DNA from: Octopus bimaculoides
Lineage: Eukaryota
Assembly (NCBI RefSeq): GCF_001194135.2
Contig: NC_068997.1
Location: forward strand, 8,939,749-9,003,748
Length of the DNA stretch: 64,000 nucleotides
Direction: 5' to 3'
Under the pieces are notes generated by a model. The model worked only from the letters and a program-made list of their open reading frames with translations, searched no databases and had not been told where the DNA came from. Position numbers and translations under genes: made by a program. Every line of letters begins with the position of its first letter. Positions within the stretch are counted from its first letter, which is position 1. Positions 12,191-22,600 of this stretch are shown piece after piece.

Positions 12191-13319
12191 ATAGTTTCTA
12201 CTGGTAGATGCCTTCCCTAATGCCAACGACTTTAGAGTGCACTGGGTGCTTTTACACAACACTGGCAGGCGCAAGTGATTTTATGTGGTAATGGTATGTA
12301 AGTTTAAGAGAAATAACTTGGTGGCCAGTGGCATATATATGAACACCATAGACAAATACAGGTATGCCAAATACCATACAACATATGTTTCATTAAAACT
12401 ATCTCTGCCTGTAGATTATGTGAGAACAGTTCTATATGCAGAAAGGAAATAATCTCAAGAATTAAGAATGCTCCAAAGTTGACACACCATAAAGGAAAAG
12501 GACAAGCTTATTGTCTTGAGATAAGAGGGCAGTCGTGGAGATATGTTTCTGCCTCAATAGGCATCGCCTGCATAGCAATTGTCCTAAATTATGTCCAAGA
12601 AGCCAAGGACATAAACATATACAAAGAGAGTAGAACATACTTATGGTTTAGGTAATTTGCATAAATTAAACAAACATGAGCTAAGAGAAATAACTCGGAG
12701 TGGTCAGTGGAACAATGTAGACAAAAACAGATATTTAACCTATATTCTATTCATATATTATATAAATATTATGAAATGTCGTGAATACATTATTCTCGAT
12801 TTTAATGTAATAGCGTTGATATATTAACCTTCCGCAATTCGAGACCTTATGCCATTATTAAAAATTAATATCAGCCATTTAGTTGATACCATCTCGCCTA
12901 TTGCCAAGCTGTTTGTATATTATAAATATACACACGTGTATGTACATGTATATATATATATATATATACTTCGTTACAAACATTCTTCGGTACTCGAAAG
13001 TGGGCCACAAAAGCCATGTGATTAGGAGACAGGATTGGCTGACTGTAATTTCAAAATTTCTTAATGTACCTGACTAAGGCACATAACTCTGTTCCACTGA
13101 CTGACTGACAGAAGAAGTCGTTTTAGTTTTCTTTTCGGTTGAGTTGTTCTGTCGTTCTTGGCAATTCCATTTGAGTGAAAATAAATACAATTGCTTTTAC
13201 ATAGACTAAAATTTCGTGTGGGGCAAAAAAAAAAAAAAAANNNNNNNNNNCCATATTAACCTGCAACGCAGAAAAAGTAAAGAAAACTATAGGTTGGATA
13301 CTCTGCTGGAAATAATTTC

Positions 13320-13334
13320 GGAAGTTTCGAGAAA
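13320..13334 (+). promoter_or_regulatory. Heat-shock element, perfect 3-unit (gGAAgtTTCgaGAAa)
   Basis: alternating nGAAn/nTTCn pentamers about 1.45 kb upstream of an Hsp40 ATG. Confidence 0.5.
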
Positions 13335-14056
13335 TTCTTATTAAAGCATGTCTATGGTTTTCTACAAAAAACCCAGTCCCAAAATATACGCAAATGTTTT
13401 CCTTCTAATCCGTGCACTCATGCGCGTCCATGTTAAACAACTAGCATTCATAGGAAAAAAAATATGCATTTGTAAGATTTCCAAGATAGAATCGAATTGT
13501 TTTAATTAAAGATATTATTTCATATAATAATATTATAATTTCCTTATAAATTCTCAAGTAATATATACTTTACAGTGGCGTTCATTTGCTTAGGTGTTCG
13601 ACAAATTTCTGCACACTCCAAGTAAAAAATTAAAGGACAGTAAATCCGACAAACTGTCAGTATCTTGTTAAATATGGCAAACTGTTAGTATCTTATTAAA
13701 TCAAGTGACACCTAAGAGAATCTCAAGTAACAAGTTAAGGTATAACATATTTGTATGAAGTAGGTAGACACCGAATACATATGTATTATATTTGTTTCTG
13801 AAACAAGAGAAATATCTTGAGGTTCAACCATAAAGTTCTGAACACCACCAATTCGGTTCAATCAACGATGTGTCTAACATTTCTCGTGGATGTACGGAAT
13901 GGAATTGACACATGAGACAATGTATGGTGAAGAGCGTGAGATCTTGGCACTTCATTACGAACCAAAGGAATGAATGGAAAAATCAGGTTGCTTAACTTGA
14001 AGTCAACCCTGATAAAAAAAGTCATTTCAGCTGTGATCATTCCGTTTTTTTAGGTG

Positions 14057-14071
14057 TTTCTAGAACATTAT
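14057..14071 (+). promoter_or_regulatory. Heat-shock element, 3-unit with one mismatch (tTTCtaGAAcaTTAt)
   Basis: TTCTAGAA core about 0.7 kb upstream of the ATG. Confidence 0.35.
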
Positions 14072-14562
14072 ATATATGTTCTTCCTGATTTTGTATTTTT
14101 TTCCCTAAGATTGCGTGCGATTTGACTCTTATTTCTGACAAGTCAAGCGATCACGCGTTTCGACAGACCTCTTTGGTTACACAAGTTGGCAGAATTGTTA
14201 GCATGCCAGACATGTTTAATGACATTTCTTCTGGCTCTTTACGTTCTGATATCAAATTCCTCCAAGGTCGACTATGCCTTCTATCCTTTCAGATTCAATA
14301 AAAGCACTAATCGACTAGCTCCCCATCCTACACCTAAATTTTAGGCCTTGTGCCTATAACAGAAAAAAAGAGAAGCCTGTCGTATGTTCTATATGTACGT
14401 GATTGTCCCCATTATCAATTCACAACCGGTATTGGTTTGTTTCCATCCCCGTAAATTAGCAGTTCGGCATTAGAAATTGATAGTACCAGGCTAAAATAAA
14501 TAAATATATATAATAATGAGGATGATTCGTTCGATTAAAAAAATCTTCGAGGTGGTACCCCA

Positions 14563-14781
14563 GAAGTGAACGAAGAAAATGAACGGCTGCCGCACATTTG
14601 TCGCTCGTGTTCAGCAAGGTTTGCCAAAGCTAGTTGTACGGCAGACGTCGATTGGTTGGTGAATGGTGACGTCAGTTACCTTCGAGCAAGACGGAAGTGT
14701 GTCTGTTCTGTCCGTGACTGAAGTGTCTTTTAAGCCACAGCACCGAGAGAAGACTAGCAAATTAGGACTCTGCTGCGAGAA
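14563..14781 (+). promoter_or_regulatory. DNAJA2 core promoter / 5'UTR with CCAAT (reverse), CRE and ETS motifs
   Basis: CpG-rich patch. ATTGG at 14651, TGACGTCA at 14667-14674, ACGGAAGTG at 14691-14699. A SINE remnant bounds it upstream. Confidence 0.7.
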
Positions 14782-14850
14782 ATGGAAGATTTAAACTTGT
14801 ATAACGTTTTGGGAGTAACAAAAAATGCTTCCAGTAGTGAAATCAAAAAG
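14782..14850 (+). CDS. DNAJA2: DNAJA2-like exon 1 ([23 protein letters not shown])
   Basis: ATG at 14782, J-domain helix I pattern LYxxLGV, donor GTACGT at 14851, phase 0. Confidence 0.9.
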
Positions 14851-15032
14851 GTACGTTGTTTTCCAAAATCTAGTTTAAATCTGCGTGAGTAGAAGAAAAT
14901 GTTATGTAATGGATTATATTTTTACACACGCACATCCACATATTTCTTTTTATTATTTAACAGAAACAACAGAGTCACTCAAGGGCCCAGAGTTTTGTGC
15001 CTTATCACTTACAAAACCTGTACATATCTAGA

Positions 15033-15076
<44 letters not shown>

Positions 15077-16631
15077 TATATATATATATATATATATGGT
15101 GTTTTGTATAATAGTATTTAAGTGGTACCGTTAAGGGACCTCTGTATTTAAGTAATACCAAAAAATTTGTACNNNNNNNNNNNNNNNNNNNNNNNNNNNN
15201 NNNNNNNNNNNNNNNNNNNNNNNNNNNNNNNNNNNNNNNNNNNNNNNNNNNNNNNNNNNNNNNNNNNNNNNNNNNNNNNNNNNNNNNNNNNNNNNNNNNN
15301 NNNNNNNTTGTACTTGGAAAATTATAAACCATTATAGAAGTGAATAAAGAAAATGTTTTTTGGGGTTTTTTTTTTTCTGATAAAAATATGGTTAGGGCAG
15401 AAGAAAGGACCGGAGAGATGGAGAGGGGTGTCGAGGAATATTCCTCTTTCTGTTTCATGTACTTTTAATTTATCAGTTTCAAACATGTCTTAGATCTATT
15501 TTATGATTTATGAAGTTGAAATGTTCTTATTTTGTTTTACCCCCCCCCCCCCAATTAATAAGTTCGTATATACATGATTTCTCGATCATGATAAGAGTTA
15601 TAATAATGATTCCTTTTATATTAACCATCCGCTTTTGGAGACCCTATGCCTCTATTAAAAATGAATATTAGCCGTTTAAAGTTGACACCATTATGACTTG
15701 GCAATCTGTTTCGGTTTTTACGTCCTCGCATACACACATTTTTTGTACACCTTTGGATATGTAAACCGGAGAAAGACTACTTAGTACATGTATTAGACTA
15801 GTCTATTTATTGGGAAAAAAAATTGTTATTTATGATATATCTGACTGCCCCTTCTACAGAAATCAATCATAATATAATAAATATTCGGTAGTTTTTTATT
15901 AAATTCGGCAATGAAATGAAACTGGGAGAATGTTTGTTTTTTTTAATTTTGGAAATGGTTTATTTCGAAATTGTTGTTTATATCTAGAGAGAGAAGAAAT
16001 GGTTGGTTCTCCTGAAAGACAGACATGCGGCGGTGAGAATTACGGACGACAGTATTTAACATCGATGAGCTTGACTGAAAGGAATTATGTGTGGTACCGG
16101 ATATTTGTATCAATTACGATTAACATTGAAAGTATAATTGTATTATCTAGCATCGTTGGTATTAATTTATAAATCAGCGATATATTGTAATGAATCAATA
16201 CGTTTGGCGTGAATCGCCACCACACATGTTGAGATGGAAAAGCTATCAAGCTTTTGTTTTGTGTATTCGGGGTATTGTCAAAGAATCAGGCAAGGTTATA
16301 TATATTTTGGATCTCATGTTCCACTGCATCGCCTTTGAAGAACATAGGTGCTGGTAGGTTTCGGCTCGATTGCAAACAATATGTTATGGAGCTTTTCGGC
16401 GTCGCTTTCTTGTCCAGGTTGGTGGAGGGAGAATGTGTCAATCGTAGGGATAGACGAGTCGAAAGTTATTCATTCACTACAAACACCACCGTGGTCCTTA
16501 TCAAGAGGGCCACCAGGTTCTTGGAATGGTAGATGCCCTTAAGAGTGTACTTGTGCCTATCTCTGATCGAAATATTGCGACTTTGTTGCCAATAATTACT
16601 AACCAGGTGTTGTCAGGTACCCGTGTATAAT

Positions 16632-16685
<54 letters not shown>

Positions 16686-19600
16686 CTTGAATACTAGCTT
16701 ACCTATCAGCGATTACAAATCATGATATTGTAATGACTGTCATTATTTCATAGACCCAAGACATCGATTTACCAATACATAAGGGATAAGACACTTGAGA
16801 CATTCTTTTTCATACCTACTTGCAGGAATTTACTTAGCGACAATCACACTCAAAAATGTTTTTATGCGATTTGTTTAATGCTTTCAACAGCAACTATCCC
16901 GTTAATTTTTATATGTTAGTTTATTATTCGACAAATTATAATAAAATCAAGAGAATTTCAGCACCCCCCCCCAAAAAAAAACATTACAGTTACCATTTTA
17001 TTATTACATCAGGTTTGTATGATTTTTATGTCATTTCAAAGAAAACAATTCTTTCAGTTTTGTTTCAATGCCGAATTTCTGTCATTAGCTGATCTCTGCC
17101 CACTTCAGTTATTTCACTTAACTGAATCAAAAAAACGAAACTTCGCTTAGGCATGCTGAAAAAGAAAAGTAAAAATAATAGGTGAAGAAAAAACCCTGAG
17201 TAGATCATTAAGCTTAAATTTGTAATCTATCCGTTAGTAACTATTAAACTGAACTTATAACGCTGGTAACAACTTCATTTGTAATATCTCAACAATTCAA
17301 AAAATAAGAAGTGGAAAATTTGTAATGAAATTTGATTATGCTGTCTTCCCATGATATATCCACTACCCCTGCTTATTGTATGACAATCATTTGGGAGTAG
17401 AGAAAAATGAAACTCCATTTACAACTAGCCAGCTTTCAACATAGTTAGCACTCTATCACATAGATACAGGTCTGATTTAGTTTGTCACTTCAATACCTAA
17501 ACGTCGTCACTTTTTCCTCTAACTTGGACCATTGATCCTTTATAGAAATATACATATATATATTTTTATTTCCGTATATAATATATTGGTGTGTATTTTA
17601 AATTTGTGATCGTAATATATTTGGTGTTCTTTAACCTTCAACATAAATGTCTTTTCTCTCGGCAAATGGCTGCTCTTATTACACACACCTCTTGAAAGAC
17701 AGAGAGAAATAGAAAGATTGCAGTTTAATAATTTAGATTGATTTAATTATTCATTCTACTTTTTTTCCGATATCCGTTTTAATCCTGCTTATAGCAAATG
17801 ATCCTTAGCATTCTTGGGAGTAATGTTGAAAATTTCTCACCAGATTCTTAAAATTTTTCGCTGGTATAATTATATCTGATAGAATTTGTAAGAACTTAAA
17901 TGAATTTAATTCAGACAATAAACCATATATATAAACGTATAAAAAGAACACGACACGACGATATTAATAGTATGTTTTAAAATCCTCTTCTATGATATAC
18001 TATTTAAATGATTTTCTTTGTTAAGGTTAATTCATTGATGGCTTTTTAGTTTTGTTGCCGGCCATTGTTACCGTGTTTGTTGAAGTCATTTATTTCTATA
18101 TTTTGTCAAAATACGAGATCTGGTTTATTAAATGTATACAAAATAGAAACTAGTTTTATTGTTCAACTGTAATTTATTACGCCTGCAAGGATTTTTAATT
18201 CCTCCTTCCTTTTATATATATATATGTTGGCATTGGTTTTTATTAGAAGCATCTGGAAAGTTAGAAGCGAAACCGCACTGCACTATGGGTAGTTGTAAAA
18301 ATGGCAGCCTACAGTAACAGTGTTGTGTCTGCTTTTTTCAATATTTTAACACTGAATAATTTATATAACTCTCTTTCACAGAATTATAAAGGCCTTCTTC
18401 AGCAAACCTCTTCCACTGGTCTGTAACGGTTGTTCGCTTTTGAACAAATTGAATTTCAGCTAGAGACACATAATGAGATATAAATTTCAACTGTTAGCAT
18501 GAATTTTGTCATTTTAATGAGAGTGAGAAAGACTGAATAAAAATTACGTAAGATTTAGGCTGGCGAGGACAGTAAGGTCATAGATGGGGTTGTAGTACAA
18601 GAAAGAACAGGGGAAAAAATAATTTTAAATGACAAAGCATAGAAAACAAACTAATAGGCTGCGGTATTTGAAAAGAAATTTACACTTTAATTAGGCTTAG
18701 CATTAAATCGCTGTTTGTTTATAAGCTATTTTAATCAACAAATACTACATCACTTTTAATCATATGTACCGGTACAGCTTAGTCATGTTAAATACCACCT
18801 TGAGTTTCCGGTCGGGTAATATTCAAGATTCAATTTATACAGTAAAAGGCTTAGATTATTTTTGGAAATATACCAGCTCACTGCGACCCGGATATATATA
18901 CGAATCTCATTCTTCTTGGAAGGGAAATAAAATGAATTAAAACAGTACGAAATCTGTACTTTTCGCGCATATAAAAATGTGAAGATTCTGTTGTAATATT
19001 TGGTCGTATGTTTCTCTATCGAATTAAACATTTCAATTCTCTGCTCATGTGATTGACAATTTGGTTGTTCTTCATCAACTTTCTTTTTAAACGGACCGAT
19101 TCTCTTAGGCCAAAAATTCCTATTTCGCTTTTGTGCGTTTTATTTTCTAATTTTCTTCGAATTAATCAATCTTCCTTGAAAATTAAGTACGTCAACATTT
19201 TGTGATAAAAAACACTGTTTTTCAAAATTAAAAAAAAAAATATTAAGACATCACCCACAAGACGTTCCCTTATGGCATAGACAGAGGCTAGGGTGAATGA
19301 CGTCGTTTACTAATACCGAAAGTATACCAAATTTATTTTCAATGGTTTAGTCAGAAAAGGAAAGATAAACACATGGCCCTTTCGTCTAGTTTCTGAATAA
19401 TTTAAAGCAAAAATTAACTTTCCCCTGTTCAATTCCAATACGGAATAGTCCCAGCATAAAACTAGACAAATACTCGGATATAAACCGCCTAAGTTCCGGA
19501 TTCCGATGTTACCTAGCTATCTTAAATGCTCGCAAGTAACACACGACCAACTTTTCACGTTGCTTATCTAAACCAGTGTCAAGTTGTGTCCCTTCGTATC

Positions 19601-22600
19601 AAATACTTAACTCGGCGAATCGATAGCATAAGGAGGACGGACATGATGATCAACGGAAACTCTTGGTCCCCCACTATGGTTGAGAATGCTTATAGAAAAC
19701 TTGAAAGATACATATTCTTCATTCTTGTGGATTTTAAAACTTTATTCACGAACATTAAAAATGCTATTTAATCCAAATAAGCAAATGTGAGAAAATACGA
19801 AGGAAGATCTTGAACGTCATTTTTCTACATTGTTCTTGTCAAATTTGTTTTAACTGCGTTCAAAATGATGTTACGCAATATGGTAATAACTGAGTTGGAG
19901 ATGTTGAACTATTGACTTGTCGAAAATTAGTTCAGTACTAATGTTACGACAACTATTGCCCATCTGAGTGACAAAAGAACTTACTTCGCAACTGTGTGTT
20001 AGTCGTTTGTAAAAATGATTGCTTCAGTGAAGAAAGTATTCCACCTACGCAAATTTGTCATTTAAGTAAATAACAACCTATGTTCCTTTGTGCAATCCTA
20101 GATTTTAACCCCACCTAAATAGATATATATGATTACACACCATGGGACAGTGCCTTCTACCGTATTTTCTGGATTGACCAAATGCTCTATGAGCGGGATT
20201 TGGTAAATGAGATTCCATGTGTCCGTGCGTCTTTCTGCGTTGTGTTGAGTTGTGTCCCTTCCTTTCAAAACAAAACTTGTTTTTCAATATTGAAGGGCAA
20301 AGTCCATAACTATTGACGAAAAACCAGGAATGTGTTTATAAGCATGCCTGTACACACAAAATTGTACATACATGACTTTGTTTGAATAATGTATGTGTAT
20401 GTTTGTAACTCTCTCCTCAGTGAGTGTATTTGGGCGTGGTGGTGTAGAAGTTGTTTCCGTGGGATTGTTCTTGTTTTCTTATGTCTCAAAAATGACAAGA
20501 TTCCATCACCCAAACCACATCTGTTGTTCGCACTACTAATAAATTAAATGCACAATCTTTCTACATTACAGCCGATATCATAACCACTACTTGTATATGA
20601 ATGTAAATGCCTGTTTAGACCTGCACTCACTTCCGTGAATGTTTTAACGAACGGTGACGTCAGTTCTATGAACTGGCTTGGGTGAGAACGCCGAGTATTT
20701 GTTCAAACTGTCTACACCAGTACCTGGTCAGGTATTTGCCTTCGCTACAGAAAACAAACGGTTGCCACGAAAAACAAATGCAGGAGGCGGGGGTCAGAAA
20801 GGGGGAATTTCCGACAGCGTACGAGGTTAGCTAAGACGATTGCTGGCGGGGGGGGNNNNNNNNNNNNNNNNNNNNNNNNNNNNNNNNNNNNNNNNNNNNN
20901 NNNNNNNNNNNNNNNNNNNNNNNNNNNNNNNNNNNNNNNNNNNNNNNNNNNNNNNNNNNNNNNNNNNNNNNNNNNNNNNNNNNNNNNNNNNNNNNNNNNN
21001 NNNNNNNNNNNNNNNNNNNNNNNNNNNNNNNNNNNNNNNNNNNNNNNNNNNNNNNNNNNNNNNNNNNNNNNNNNNNNNNNNNNNNNNNNNNNNNNNNNNN
21101 NNNNNNNNNNNNNNNNNNNNNNNNNNNNNNNNNNNNNNNNNNNNNNNNNNNNNNNNNNNNNNNNNNNNNNNNNNNNNNNNNNNNNNNNNNNNNNNNNNNN
21201 NNNNNNNNNNNNNNNNNNNNNNNNNNNNNNNNNNNNNNNNNNNNNNNNATATATATATAATGTGTGTGTGTGTACATCCAGTGGTAGAAGCAATACCAAA
21301 GTAGCTATTGGAGCACATTGCACTTAAACTCATGCAAGCATAGAACATAGACGTTAAATGTGTGTGTATATATATGGACAGCTGAAATCTGCAAGTTTTT
21401 TTCATTCTCTCTCTGTTTATTTTCTCTTATTCCTTTCTGTTGAAGAGCATAGGCTCGAAACGTAAAGGACTTTCATTTTCCTGAGTGTCAATCTGTTCAC
21501 ACACCTGTTTTTGTCTTTTGTTTTTCAATAAATTTCAACTACACACATATAACTCAGCACAATCCCAACAGTGGATTATCATCATTTAATGCCCATGTTG
21601 GATGATCTGACTGCTCTGGAGATTACAGCGTGCTCAAATTTGTGCTTTGGCAAGGCATCCTATGAAATAAAAGGGAGTATTAGTGGTAACAGGAGAACAA
21701 GAAGTGTGAGTGAGTAGATTGCAAGAGTGTATGAGAGAGGTTAGAGATAAATAGGGACAAGTAGGTGTGGAAGTATGGTTGTGGGGGAGGTGGGTGAGAG
21801 GATGTACAACAAAACGGTACCATTAATGTTACAGTAGACAGGAAGAATGAATGCAGATGGGAGGACAGAGAGGGAGAGATGACATGTGGTCAGTATTTAT
21901 AGTGAATGGGGCGAGGAGATATGTTTAGTGGTGGATGAGAGAAGAGGGCCAATGTAAAATGTGGGCAGTGAGGACAGTATTAAGAATAAAAGATGAATAA
22001 CAATCGAAATGATTCCAAGTAATAAGATAAGTGGGGTCAAAGAAAAGTTGGTAAAGTATGCAGGTCGGGATGGTGGGAATACTTTGAGGAAATAAGGCGT
22101 GTGATAGGGGCAGTTATGGATTATGCTTCCAGAATCTCAGTTTTGCTGAGGTGGGCAGTTCTTCTTGAGAACTGTTATCACCAATCATCCTAGTCTTTTG
22201 TCATCTCTTTATTAAGGTTCAAGGTTCTGAGATCAGCCTTCAGTTTGTGCCATGTTCTCCTGGATCTCCCTATTCTACTAGCTACATCCATCTTTAGTGA
22301 ATGGCCATCCTCATCCATGTGCATTGCATCCCAATACCAGTTCAGTTGTCTTTCTTGCATAGTACATCTGATTCCTCTTATGAATGCTTTTTCTCTCAAC
22401 CATTTGTATTTTGTTGCTCATGCACATTTTATTACACATCCAACAGAGCATGTTAACTTCTTCTGTCCAGTTTTCTCAAGGCCCATGCCTCACTATAATG
22501 ATGCATCACAGTCTTGACATTAGTGTCACACACTCATGCATATCATCCTCCTTCTCCCTGTGATGTCCACTTGTCCATGCTTGCATGAGTTTTCTTCAGC

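Noticed and set aside
18382-18426. Strong acceptor in intron 1 giving KK|[14 protein letters not shown]-stop (poison or alternative exon 2)
   Set aside because: Only superficial likeness to AYRKL, no HPD and no good donor; such acceptors are frequent by chance.
19643-19720. ATGATGA C-box-like motifs as intronic snoRNAs (also 25043)
   Set aside because: No properly spaced CTGA D box with a terminal stem or a recognisable rRNA antisense element.
20138-20177. Kozak-perfect mini-ORF cacc[15 protein letters not shown]
   Set aside because: 11 codons with no splice or conservation support.
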